DNA of 64,000 bases from Octopus vulgaris (GCA_951406725.2 OX597837.1:46066001-46130000); one strand, 5' to 3'; counted from the stretch's first letter, positions 44,001-55,909 are shown. The notes: a model not told the origin generated them from the sequence alone. Program-made: numbers and translations.

Positions 44001-45037
44001 GTATCCACAGAAATCTTTCTTCGTTTGACTTTGTTGGATTCAGGAGACATCTGTCTCTTCAGTTCCAATTTAACAGGAATGGTATTTTTATTAGAACCGT
44101 TATCTTTGTTATTTCTTTGTGTATCTTTAGAATTTCTAAGTTCTGGGCCAACATGATCCAGCTGAAGATCAATATTTTGCACATCATTCGACTCACATTT
44201 GGAATCAGAATTATCTTGAGAATTCGGAAAAGCATCAAAAGATGTCTTCACATTATCTTTGAAATCTCTGTTTAAGACAGGATCACTGGGAATTTCCTCA
44301 TCAGCGTAATCTGCTATAGATGCAGACAAAGAGAACTTATGATTTTTGGTTTCATGGAACAATCTCGGAATATCCAAGGAGTCAGTTTCCTCACTTTTAA
44401 CATTTCGTTTCCGTGAAGAGATATTCAAAACATTTTTAAACAACCCAGAATGATTTAGTTTCGGTGATTTTTCTGGACTGGAATCATCAACTACTTTAGT
44501 ACTAGAACTTTCTACACCTGTTTCTGAAGAAGAACCATTTTTTCCGTCAGGGCTGGAACCTAATGATACGTCAATTTCAGGGGTCTTTAAGTCGGATAAA
44601 TTGCAATTTGCTCTTGACCTCTTTGAATTCTCGTCTTTCTTTGCAGATTTTTGTTGTAACAAACTCTTGTTGGCAAGTTTTTTCATGGCATCGCATCGTT
44701 TAGAATTGATGAACATTTTGGTACTGAGTTTTTCTAAATAAACAGCTTGCTCAACCTTCAGATCATCCGATGAACTATTTCTGGGTACATCACTGTTATT
44801 TGTTGGGGTCCGATTCAACTCTTTACCCCAAACACTATTTCCATCGTCTTTGACAGAGGAATGGTCTGCACTGCCATTGGATAACTCTTTCTTTAACTTA
44901 TAGTACCGAGAGTAAGCACTTCGGATGTTTTCTGATGATAGACCAATGTCTTCACTGTTTGGTTTTCTACCATTTTCTTTCAAGAACTTTGCTTCCCAGG
45001 TTTTTAAAGCCATCTTTAAATTCTTCAGTTTCTCCAT
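41009..45037 (-). CDS. RECQL4: ATP-dependent DNA helicase Q4 (RECQL4), ~1342 aa, single coding exon
   Basis: N-terminal Sld2-like segment (MEKLKNLKMALKTWEAKFLKENGRKP...YSRYYKLKK), ENFVRLNMK motif and CCHC knuckle CFRCGENGHWAKNC. RecQ motifs FGFSDFKDGQ, STGGGKS, DEAH, TAT, ATVAFGMGIDK, QEIGRAGRD. RECQL4-type C-terminus FTGHSVARILHGIGSPCYP...WG..FWR. Start set at ATG 45037 because the 22 extra N-terminal codons in the ORF track are mostly a polypyrimidine tract ending in an acceptor AG (45056-45055). Confidence 0.96.
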   Translation of the reverse strand: MEKLKNLKMALKTWEAKFLKENGRKPNSEDIGLSSENIRSAYSRYYKLKKELSNGSADHSSVKDDGNSVWGKELNRTPTNNSDVPRNSSSDDLKVEQAVYLEKLSTKMFINSKRCDAMKKLANKSLLQQKSAKKDENSKRSRANCNLSDLKTPEIDVSLGSSPDGKNGSSSETGVESSSTKVVDDSSPEKSPKLNHSGLFKNVLNISSRKRNVKSEETDSLDIPRLFHETKNHKFSLSASIADYADEEIPSDPVLNRDFKDNVKTSFDAFPNSQDNSDSKCESNDVQNIDLQLDHVGPELRNSKDTQRNNKDNGSNKNTIPVKLELKRQMSPESNKVKRRKISVDTILNPSMSCSNNGETTSVKDSGPYSVCDKDRFSSIEISKEKIPRLQESVECSSSSGTNDSNMEPVKSSNTKQTKKTFAAPKVSQINKSENFVRLNMKVKRFSKKGQGTKGAKFKRLEWKRKMREKQKSYGEKCFRCGENGHWAKNCKNVAKSQRNKDIQHEQTNGEYSSTVPEEDYLTLSQAVSMSKGESLSSCVEQDELEIEGSVVRDPYEMFNKFIAYRKSTEPYLVPNDDGTLPDVPDEVYNALQKFGFSDFKDGQSQAIMRTLCGLSTLVILSTGGGKSLCYQLPAYLYGQRPKHVAIIISPLVSLMEDQVEGLPVGINGACLHTNMTQSQRELVISSVNSGKVHFLLLSPEAVIGGQKSVLTELSKDVTISFACIDEAHCLSEWSHNFRPSYLQVCKTLKEKHGVQCFIGLTATATLAQSKHIAQQLWINDVEDAVIRGAPIPKNLVLTVSRDTYRDESLIELLEGERFSKCESIIIYCTRRDQTEKIATLIRTALKDKSEQFFSSRKESAKSSKSKKTSKNAAQFIAESYHAGLTAYQRKRIQKAFMSGRLWIVVATVAFGMGIDKSNVRGVIHYNMPKSFESYVQEIGRAGRDSKVSHCHLFIDKEGQDLGELKKHIYANSISRFIVKKFIQSVLKPCRCLQIHARWSENLCEPNESNEDTQKDSNNLDSFLCFNQEKRICKGHEVAVSIEPLVQRLDMKEENISTLLCYLELSFPGLLRLLPLTYASCKINCYGGAVQLQGIAKKCSPVAVAVAKQKLEGKKFCTASSVEFPVIELSDSMGWNSGLVKRELKSLQWSFDKDSGAKKSGVLVELSNLAFHFVSFGDLSDNELDHIIDYLYNRVKTQEKIELGQIQRLHQAVMSVSYNSICGCLDNVDEKRNKKLHQLIFEYFEEDSVTEPSVDEQPMSELSAVKYDVGQIRNDVKRFLSIYSSDHNFTGHSVARILHGIGSPCYPANIWGRVRQFWRSYIGSDFQTIVKIATEEIINHKR

Positions 45038-45594
45038 TGCTAAAACTGACAAGTCTGAAAAAAAAAAAAGAAAAAGAAACAAAGAGAAAATATATTGAAA
45101 CATTGTTTATGATATAAGAATTTAGAAATTTCAAGCAATACAAAATAAATCCTTTTTTTCATGATAGAAATCAAAGTAGGTGAAGCTATAAATGGCATAT
45201 ATAGAATGTTGAACCAAGAACATAAAGGGCTGGAATAAAAATACCACTGAGCATTTTATTCAACGTTCTGACAATTCTGCCAAATGGTAAAATCATTAAC
45301 AGACTGGACAAAAGTCTTTAGCAACATTTCGTCTTGTTAACGTTCTGTGTTCAAATTCCGGCGGCGGCGACTTTGCCTTTCATCACTTTGGGGTCAAAAA
45401 GTACCAGTTGAGCACTGGGGTCGATGTAATCGACTGACCCCCTACCTTAAAATATCGGGATTTATGTTGATAGTAGAAAGAAATATATACAAATAAATAT
45501 ATTTTAAAAAACTTGAATTATCTTTATGAATTTGTTTTGCAAGGTCCCTTATGTGAAATCGTATGTTGAAACAGATATTGTTATATTTAGGGAA

Positions 45595-45820
45595 GGCGGC
45601 GAGCTGGCAGAAACGTTAGCACGCCAGGCGAAATGTGTGGCCGTATTTCGTCTGCAGTTCTGAGTTCAAATTCCGCCGAGGTCGACTTTGCCTTTCATCC
45701 TTTCGGGGTCGATAAATTAAGTACCAGTTACGCACTGGGGTCGATATAATCGACTTAACCAGTTTGTCTGTCCTTGTATGTCCTCTCTGTGTTTAGCCCC
45801 TTGTGGGTAGTAAAGAAATA
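45595..45820 (+). mobile_element. SINE with Nin/Deu-like central block and ~26-bp TSD
   Basis: GAGCTGGCAGAA / GAGTTCAAATTCC boxes and GCCTTTCATCCTTTCGGGGTCGATAAA block. Flanked by gaaacagatattgttata(a)tttaggga on both sides. Copies at 28786-28996 and 62103-62327, plus many older ones. Confidence 0.88.
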
Positions 45821-46273
45821 GAAACAGATATTGTTATAATTTAGGGAGAGTCACAAAGAAAAAAAAAGACCGTCCTGAAATATAACAATGACTTGAATTA
45901 TCTCCCTTAGACTGTTTTATGTTAGAATTACAGTTTTGCATTTTTATAAGACATGCAAACTTCTAAACTGATGGAAAGAATCGAAGAATGGATTCTGCCA
46001 GCACAAAAGAAAAATAAAAGTGGGCGATGATGATGTGGAAATAAGATACTACAGTTAAGACAACAGAAAAATTTGGCGGAATTTTGGTTTAAACACCCTG
46101 TATAACCTCTTGTAGCTTTTTCACTCATCGGAATTTTCAAAAAACTTTTGCAAATTTGTGTTCTACACACGGGAATTCATGGAACTGAGGGGGGGGGGAA
46201 GGGTTTTTTTTCTGCGCTTTGAAGAATTCATCAGCACCTGATACTTTCCTCGTTCCATTGTCACTGACATCTC

Positions 46274-46640
46274 TTTACTTGTCTCAGTCATTTGACTGCG
46301 GCCATGCTGGAGCATCACCTTTAGTCGAGCAAATCGACCCCAGGATTTATTCTTTGTAAGCCTAGTACTTATTCTATCAGTGTCTTTTGCTGAACCGCTA
46401 AGTTACGGGGACTTAAACACCAGCATCGGTTGTCAAGCGATGTTGGGGGGGGACAAACAGATACACACACATATATATATACACATATACATATATACGA
46501 CGGGCTTCTTTCAGTTTCCGTCTACCAAATCTACTCACAAGGCTTTGGTCGACCCGAGGCTATAGTAGAAGGCACTTGCCCAAGGTGCCACGCAGTAGGA
46601 CTGAACCCAGAACCATGTGGTTGGTAAACAAGTTACTTAC
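46274..46640 (-). mobile_element. Full-length copy of the CORE-like SINE in the candidate RECQL4 intron
   Basis: Reverse complement of 11022-11430. Confidence 0.85.
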
Positions 46641-47093
46641 CACATAGCCACTCCTACGCCCTGATCAAGGAGATCTATAGTCAAAGGTGTCCCAGCTGTG
46701 ACCACCCTGTCTTATTTTCAAACACACATCTACAACTACATTATTTAACGTACTCTGCTTTTTTGTTTTTCATTTTATTATTTCTAAATCAGCAGGGTGT
46801 AATTTATGAGAGATTTAGCTACTGTTTCAAGCAGATCAAGGCTCTGCTGTGTCGTGTAAATAGTAACACAATCTCTCAGCCAAAGATATTCACATGGATC
46901 AGTTCCATCACTAGACCTGGTGCTCTTTCCACTCTCAGATCTGGAATTTCTTATATTCAACTTATTCCTTCACTGGTTTCAGGCATTGGACTCTGGCCAT
47001 GCTGGGGCATCAACTTTAAGGGCTTAATTACTCATACCAATCCCAGTACTTATTTAAGTTTGGTAATTAATTTATCACCCCTACACCATCACA

Positions 47094-47378
47094 GGCCATT
47101 CTGGAGTGGTGGGGTGCTATGAAGCAGTGGTCAATATCCAAGACTTTCAGAGATCATTCTAGAATGGTGAGGCAGGAGTTACTACCCATAACATTTACAG
47201 ATCATTCTGGGGTACTGAGGTCATTGTAGAAGCAGAGGTCAATACCCAAGACCTTCAGAGATCATTCTAGAACGGTGAGGTACTATGAGGCAAGGGTCGA
47301 TACCCATAACATTTGTAGGTCATTCTAGAGGCAGAGGTCTATCCCCAAGGCCCTCCCGGCTATTCCAGAGTAGTGGGA
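47094..47378. repeat. Degenerate minisatellite, ~40-57-bp units, ~6 copies
   Basis: Recurring cattctag/cattctgg ... ggtcaatacccaagac/acccataacattt. Confidence 0.75.
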
Positions 47379-49404
47379 TACAATAGGAGCTAACCTGGGG
47401 CTAAAACAACAATATCATGATCAGTTATAAACACTCAGTTTCTATGTTACTTATTTAAACCAAAGGCCATTCGTCAAATGTCAGGCCGGTGCCAGTGAGA
47501 CTTTAATTGACACCTCTCATCTGTCAGCTTTCAAAACCAAATCATAACATTCACATAAACACGTAAATCATACACTGCCAGCGTCCCGTCCCCAACATTC
47601 GGTTTACAAACTTAATTTATTTTATTTTCACAAATCAAAAAGCTTTTTTTGCATTGAAATCCCATTATGGTCTCTTGGATTCTTAGCTTCTAGGTTATGA
47701 TCCTCCAGTTCCTCAGCCCAGCTGATTAAAAATGCAATATGCTTAATTCAGGCAGTACTTAATTAAAATAGTCAATTACATGCCATATTTAATATATATA
47801 TATATATGTATATATATATAAGTGACAGAGCTGTATTAGTACTGAGAGGTAATATTTTATCCTCACTTTAACAAGGATGTTTTGTTAGAACAAGGTATAC
47901 TGTGGTAGTCAGCACGAGAGACACTCTCATATAGGCCTTTGGCTCAAAATGCATTCTTGTTTATATCACTATGAGGGAAATAAGTCCACTCCTTTTCCAA
48001 CTGGGGTATCCATGAATCTCCTCAATAGCAAGACCCCTCTATCATACTCTAACCTCTCATCACCCAGTACAAAGCCACCCCTCTCAAGACTATTCCTCAC
48101 CCACTCACTTAAGGGGTCTTGCCTTGTAAGTTATTTGATGACCTCATGAGTGCCGGGGTCAAGTAGAAAGCCACTGGTATACTCTGTAAATTGATTGGCA
48201 TTAGGAAGGGCATCCAGCCATAGAAACCATACCAAGAAAGACATTGGAGCTCGCTGCAGTCTTCTGGCTTGCCTGCTCCTGTGAAACCTTCCAAGCCATA
48301 CCAGCATGGAAAATGGGTGTTTAATAATGACGGTGATGATGATGACACAGACACACGCAGAAAGAGAAAAAATAACAAAGTCAGTCAGGAAGAATAATGA
48401 AGGAGAGTGAGTTGGAGTAAAGAATAAAAGACTAACCAAAAGAAGACAAAATGAAACACAAGAAAATGGAGAAAGGGCTTGAAGTGAAAGGAATCCATGT
48501 TCTATTTGATAAGTCCTACATGAGTAAACATGTGTGCGTTGGAGCAAGAGATCTTCAACCACTTTAGCTGGCCTAAATTACCGATAGCTCATCAAATAAT
48601 ATGCCTGCTGGATTTGAGCTTTAGTCAATCATATCAACCGCAACATTTTATCGATCTTTATTTCATATCTATGAGAAGGAGAGTGAGAACAATTTAAATA
48701 ACAATAATTTTTTGTTTTAACTTTGTCATCACGTTACATTACTTTGTAATTTAGGAGAATAAAAATTTCCATCCTTTGTTATCAAAGCACTTTCTATCAG
48801 TTTTTGATAAAAAAAAAAAAGTATGAATTGGCTATTTCTTTTGTGTCTTTGAAAATAGACTTCTAATCCTAAAAAACTGGCATACCATCAGTTCTGACAA
48901 CAATGGTTTTAGTTGATCCAGTCAACAGAACAGCCTGCTCATGGAATGTGCAAGTGGTTGAGCACTCCACAGACGCATGTACTCTTAACATAGTGCTCAG
49001 GAATGTTACATGGAATGTAGCAAGGCTGACCCTTCAGGGCAAAAGGCACTGTTTACCTGGGGGAGAAGAGGGGGCTGCTAAGACAGACCTGGATGCAGCA
49101 GCTCTCATCAAAACTGAGCCAGCCATGCACATCACCCTTTTATTCTGTCAAATTCCCTTGCTCCAAAACATAGAAACTCCTCTAAATTCATGAACTTTAC
49201 ATTCAAAAGGTTGTCAAACATGAAAAGAGTCAAATTCAGAAGTCCATGGCTGTGGCAAGGAGCTTGTTTCTCAACCACATGACACACAATTCTGGGTTCA
49301 GTCTCACAATGTGGCACCTCAGGCAGGTGTCTCTAACTACAGCCTCAGGCCAACCAAAGTTTTGTGCGTGAATTTCTTAGACAGAAACTGAAAGAAGCCT
49401 GTCA

Positions 49405-49452
<48 letters not shown>

Positions 49453-50259
49453 TCATCTTTTCATATCTGCATGGGTGGGATGGTTTGACAGGAGCTGGCC
49501 AGGCAGAATCCTGCACCTGACTCCTGCAGCTGTTTTGGCAAAACTTTTACAGCTAGATACCCTTCTTAACACCAACCACTCAGCGGTGGACTAAGTGCTT
49601 TTTATGTAGCAAAAGCACGTGTGAGATCATTTTGACAAGGTTTTTACAGCTGGATGCACTTCCAAATGCCAACCACTTTACAGTGTGGACTGGATGCTTT
49701 TTAAGTGGCACCTTCACTGACAGGGTTACCTTGCAAGACAAAAACAATCTTTTGAGGGGAAGGGGTCATAGCAGGAGATGATCTTGTGTCAGATGATAAA
49801 AGGCTATAGTGAAACAAAGTGATAGAAACAGGTGCCTTGCTGTAGAGGGGGTACAAGGTTACCCAGCGAGAGAGACAGAGATCAGGAATGAGGAGAGAAA
49901 CAGGTGTGCTGCCGCTAAGGAGATACATGGCCATCCAACCTGAGGGAAGGGCAGGAGAAGGAGAGAGAGAGACAGTGGGAGACAGCAGGATGATAGAGAT
50001 GGTGGCAAAGTGCCAGGCATACTCACAAGGGTTGAGGGATCAGAGTATGAATGGGACGGTTGAGTAAAGAGGGAGCTATATATGGTAGCAAGTGCCAGGG
50101 CTTACCCTTGGGATTCAAATAAGTGGCAGGATATTGTCAAAGAAGTGTGGTTAGTGAGTGCGGAGTGGGAGTGGTGAAAACCCAAGTATATATGGGGTGG
50201 GTGGGAGTAAATAAAACACAAAATAAATAATTTTTTTTACACAAAGTAAATAATTTGGG

Positions 50260-50661
50260 GGATGTTTTCGGTTTCAACGGCACTTTTTAAAAATAATTTC
50301 CACGTAACTAAACACTTTTAAACTCCGTATACTGGTAGAATGTGTTTATAAAACATCTTTTTCTCTTGGCTTTATTGAGAAAATTCTATAGTTTGTAAGA
50401 TATTTGTTGTTCTTTTTCTTCAATTTCTGCAATTTCAACCAATCACTGACGTCTATTGAGGTAAAAAAAAACATTCTGTGCCGTATGAATATGTCCCTCG
50501 TTTAAGAAACAGATTGGGTTTATTTACGTTTCTAAAGAAAAAAAGATACCCTTCCCCCCACCCCTAACCCTAAAACAGATTGAAATGCAATAGATCGATA
50601 CTAGGGTCATAATTATAGGTGACACCGCTAGAAAAAACCGCCGTTCAAACCGAAAAGATCC
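50260..50661. mobile_element. MITE with ~21-bp TIRs nested in another MITE
   Basis: GGATGTTTTCGGTTTCAACGG...CCGTTCAAACCGAAAAGATCC. The same right TIR recurs at 55049-55069. Flanks rejoin to match 51435-51590. Confidence 0.8.
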
Positions 50662-50987
50662 AATTTTTGTTAAACAAAGTTATTAAAACACAAAAACACA
50701 AAGTAAGGATCGACTAGTCATGACTAGCTGGCGCGGATGCGCGACTATGCGAGTGCGCGCACCGGGACCACTGCTCTGAAGTAAGGTCGATAAAATAAAG
50801 TACCAGTCAAATACCGAAGTCAGTTTGTATTGCCTATAATTGATCGTAGATGTAAAAATAGAATTACAAATAAAAAATCGTTTCCTCTCAGGCAAATATT
50901 TAGATTTGGGTTAACAAATGAAAATTTCGTTTCTATTAAAAATTAAAGAAATAGAAAATACCGATTAACATAGAGATTATGCCTTAC

Positions 50988-51130
50988 CTTTCTTTTCCTA
51001 ATTATATTCTAAAGTGCGACTTTGATGTCCAAAAGATCGTAATTAGAACTTTTGGCTGAGTTTACAGAGATTCCACACAAACAAAACATGTCAAAAAACC
51101 CGCCAATTCCGCGAGATCCCGCGAGATCTC
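50988..51130 (-). promoter_or_regulatory. Candidate RECQL4 non-coding first exon and core promoter
   Basis: Strong minus-strand donor AAG|GTAAG (exon end 50988). About 110 bp upstream is a CpG-rich cluster: TTGGCGGG (E2F-like, 51099-51106) and two TCTCGCGAGA-like motifs (51107-51116, 51117-51126). It would pair with the unpartnered acceptor at 45055. Confidence 0.45.
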
Positions 51131-51340
51131 AGAAAAACCATCGTCAACATAATCATCATCATCGTCATCATCATAATCAACACCATCGTCAACATAATCA
51201 TCATCATTATCATCATTAACATCATCATCGTCATAATTAACTTTCCCATAACTAAGCTTCATTTTATTTTTATTTTCTTCTATAATTGGTTTCAAATTTT
51301 AGGGAAGTGGTTAAGTGTTCAACTGGTACTTATTTTATCG

Positions 51341-51597
51341 GGTACTACTAGCGAACAGTGGTCCCGGTGCGCGTAGTCACGCATCCGCGCTAGCTAGTCG
51401 TGACTAGTCGATCCTACAACGACTACCTAGCTAAGTAAATAAAATACAAAATAAATAATTTTTTTACACAAAGTAAATAATTTATGTTAAACAAAGTAAA
51501 TAAAACACAAAAACACTAAGAAAGGATCGACTAGTCATGACTAGCTGACGCGGATACACGAGTGCGCGCACCGGGACCCCTGTTCTCAAGTAGTACC
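51341..51597. mobile_element. CpG-rich MITE with ~75-bp imperfect TIRs; partial second copy at 50207-50256 + 50662-50783
   Basis: GGTACTAC...GGTCCCGGTGCGCG...TGACTAGTCGATCCT mirrored by AGGATCGACTAGTCA...CGCGCACCGGGACC...GTAGTACC. Confidence 0.85.
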
Positions 51598-53204
51598 TCA
51601 AATTTTAGGGAAGTGGTTAAGTGTTCATCTGGTACTTATTTTATCGACCTCGAAAAGACGAAGGGCAAAGTTAAACTCAGAACGTAAAGACGGACAGAAT
51701 GATTTTTGGTAATTAAGAAAGTTTTCTAAACGGTTTTAGTTTATTATAATTTTTCTGAAAACCGAAATAATAAAAAAAAAACCTTTCTCTGAAACTTGGA
51801 TACCATAGAGACCAAGGTTTTTATAATTCTTTCTGGTATAGGCATAAAACCTGAACTTTTATGGGAAGTGGCTAGTCAATAACAGTACTTGGTAGGAATT
51901 TATTTTATCGACCCGAAAGGATGACGAAGTCAACCTTAGCGGGATTCGAACTCGGGATGTAAAGACCTGGAAGAAATACCGCAATGCATATTTTCCGACG
52001 CTCTAACAATCCTGCTAGCTCACCGCCTTCTCTTTCATAATTAATAAATTTGTGGCTATTAGGAAAATATTCTTAACAATTTTAGTTTAAAAGCGGAAAT
52101 AATTTAATTTTGAAAAATACCCTTTTCTAAAACTCAGGTATCATAGGGTAACTAAAGTTTCGGGTTTATATTAATAACAGGAGAAAAGCGGGGAAGAAGC
52201 ATGATTTGCGATTGAATGGCTTTCGTTTTGTTCTCACGAACAAAACATCTATGAAGTGATGTGGGGGAAAAGAAAAACCTGGTATGAAATACAGCAGGAA
52301 GACTGAAAATTTATTTGGTATCAGGCCACAGATTTATAAGGTAGTAATTAATCAGTGTGTGTGTGTGAAAGAGAGATAGACAGAAAACTTTTATGGGCAT
52401 ACCTACACAATAATGCCCCCTGGTTTTGTTTCCTCATAACTTTCAGAAAAATGCATATTTTTAAATGAAATTTTCTGCAAATAGCTTTCAGATAATTTAA
52501 ATTAAGATTATATCGGAATTTAATGTGAAAAACGTTGAGGGAAGGGGCAGATATTCACTGCATCTCGATTTTCTTTCCTCATACGTTTTAATGTAATTTA
52601 CAATTAAGTTGAGAAAAATTATTGTTGAGGACTATTCCTCCCATGGAATTTCCTAAATGAATATTATTCTTAACAAGAAGAAATTTTCCAGAAAATCCGG
52701 CATAATTTGGAAAAAATTTATCATAGGTGAATTTGTTGGTATAGGCCTAATCCCTGCTATTTCTGGCATACTAAATGACCATAAAGGATGGGCTACTTTC
52801 GAGTTTGTTTTAAAAAAGAAAAAGTTTTTCCCAACAAATTCCGACATTATCGTTATCTACGCCATATGAAACGTTATCAGCGAAAGTAAAGAATACGTAC
52901 AACCGATGTTTAGGGTTAGGGTTAGGGGGCGGATGTAAAGAATGCGGACCGCACCCCCTTTGGGTTTTTTTGTTGTTTTTTTTGTTACAGAATCCCCCAT
53001 TTTCGAATATGGAGATTCTGATTCTGCAGAAAAAAGGCATTTTAAAATTTTAATTTCCCCACCATCATCACCACCACTACTCCCTTCCTCCAAAATTCCT
53101 AAATTTCCCCCCCTTTTTTTTTTTTTCGAAATACCTAGTAAAATAGGTATTTTGCAAAAAAAAATTCTGAAAAGAATGAAAATTTAAGAATTGGACGGGG
53201 GAAT

Positions 53205-53545
53205 TACATATATACATACATACACACACATACATACACACATACATACATCATACATACACACACACATACATACATACATACATACATACATACATAC
53301 ATACATACATACATACATACATACATACATACATACATACATACATACATACATACACACATACATACATACATACACACATACATACATACATACATAC
53401 ATACATACATACATACATACATACATACATACATACATACACACATACATACATACATACATACATACATACATACATACATACATACATACATACATAC
53501 ACACATACACATACATACATACACACATACATACATACATACATT
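53205..53545. repeat. (TACA)n microsatellite
   Basis: Direct reading. Confidence 0.97.
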
Positions 53546-55097
53546 GGCAGTTGTGGAAATCAGCTGTCCAGTGGATGTATGTATGCATGTATGTATGTAT
53601 ATATGTATGTATATACATGAGTGTGTGTGTGTTTCTGTACATATATGTTCGTGCTCGCGCAAACACAATATTTATACGGATGTATATTTCTCAGTATTCA
53701 GTAAACTAAACGACCTGTCAGTATTAACACGAAATTCAGACATAGAGAAAGTGCAATGTAAGAGGACGGACTAACAGAGAGATGGCGATATACTGTCAAT
53801 GTTATAAGTCGATACATGTATGAATGTCTGTTTTAATCAGTTTGTTAACAGCGGCTCATAAATGGCACGCAAACATGCCTTTCGGAGAGGGGCACTGTTG
53901 ATTATATGAGATACCAACCAGGACGTGTAAAATAGCACTTAGTTTATCTACCGCAAAATGATGAAAGGCAAATGAGGGAGAGCGTTGGGATTTAAAGTCC
54001 GAAAGCAAAAAGGCCGCCACTAAATAGCGTAAGGTACTTAATACGACCCAACAGATTTTGCTAATTATAACATAGCAGAAATTCCCTGTATTTTAAGGGA
54101 GGGGTAAATGTAAGGAACTAACTACTTATACACCGCAAAAGCCATAATTTATTTTGCACACTTTACAAAATACTTTCGTGCTGTAAAACATAATTACATC
54201 TTTTACTGGACTCTTAGTTGTTAATTGTTAATAATTGGTGTTAAAGGTAAATTTAGTCAATGCTAAAAATTAAATTACCATTGTGCTATAATTTTCATTA
54301 TGGCACTGTGTTAATTTAATTTTTAGCCTCTTTCTCTGCCCCTCCCCACTCTCGCTCTCACGCGATGAAATTTTTAATTAATTTTTCATTTTACTCAGTA
54401 TAAAACATGATTTAACAAAAGTAATATGACTTATGACACTAACTAAAAGCTTTCAGTTTTTGCAAAAACTTTTAACATTTGAGGAGTTTGTTACTTTTTT
54501 GTTGGTAGAGGAAGTGTACGCAATTTGGATGGGAAAAGATTAGTGACTTCGAAGCATCACCTGGTTGGTATATAGTTTAAGAAGTTATCCAAGCGAAACT
54601 TTTAAGTCACTATTATCTTTTACTATCCAAAATAAATATTTGAGTCGTTTATTCGGCATAACTAGATTTCTGCCCCCCACCGATTTAGGATGATCATAAC
54701 TTTCAAAAAAATGGATATTTTTTAATGAAATTTTCTACAAATATATGTTATATCATGTAGATTCAGAATATATAATTTTTTTTGGTGGGGGGAGTGTTTT
54801 AGGAGGAGGTGGAATAGGGAATTTCGGAAAATTCACCGGAGTCCACTTCAATTCTTGTTAACTTTCAAGAAAATGGATATTTTTTAATGAAATTCTTTAC
54901 AAATATACCTCGGACTATGTAAATTCCGAAAACATAGGAATTTTGGAGGGAAACAATTGGAGGTTATTTTTAAGAACCGTTAGTCCATATTTATTTCATT
55001 TTCTCCTTTTTGTACATCCGTAGATTTCTACCCCTTAGAAAATAACTGCCGTTCAAACCGAAAAGATCCACTGTAACTTCTTGTTATTAATAAAAAC

Positions 55098-55139
<42 letters not shown>

Positions 55140-55340
55140 TCGTGTTTCAACTCTATTTTCCTGTCTGCATCACCCACACACACCCCAAGACAGACAGATA
55201 GATATTTAGACAGGTACAGTGCGCTCTAACTGGTTCATAATATCGAGATTTTTCAAGTGAAATGATATCTCAATCTTCTTACTACGATGAACTCTGTACT
55301 CAGGTTCATTCATTACTGTATCCCTTTACTACACAGTATA

Positions 55341-55384
<44 letters not shown>

Positions 55385-55718
55385 AGTCATTCACTCCATC
55401 TCTGTGTTAGTAGTGCATTTCAACATTCTGGTTTACATATCCCCCCCTCTTTCTCTCCCCTCTGCTCGATCTCTCACCTTCTACACCCGTATCTATCTCT
55501 CTTTCTAATCCTTAACGCTTTTACCACCACCACCACCGCCGCCACGACCTCCTTCTCCTCAACCTCTCTCTTCAACTCCTTCCACACGTTCTCTCTTTCT
55601 CTTCCTCCCTTCCCCCTCTCTCTTTTTCCATCTCATATTACTCCACAATATTTCTTACCTCTTCCTTTTACCTATTTATAGACCTTTGCCCCCTCCTTTC
55701 TCACCGAACACGCACTAT

Positions 55719-55768
<50 letters not shown>

Positions 55769-55869
55769 TATACATATATATATATATATATACACACACA
55801 CATATATATATCTACACACACATATATATATCTACACACACACACATATAAATACACACACACACACAT

Positions 55870-55909
<40 letters not shown>

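Noticed and set aside
41241-44275. Plus-strand ORFs inside RECQL4
   Set aside because: Antisense shadows of the real CDS.
45038-45103. N-terminal extension MFQYIFSLFLFLFFFSDLSVLA of the RECQL4 ORF, resembling a signal peptide
   Set aside because: It is the intron polypyrimidine tract plus 17 nt of UTR. Homology starts at MEKLK.
47094-47378. CRISPR-like array
   Set aside because: Eukaryotic context, degenerate repeats, non-unique spacers and no cas genes.
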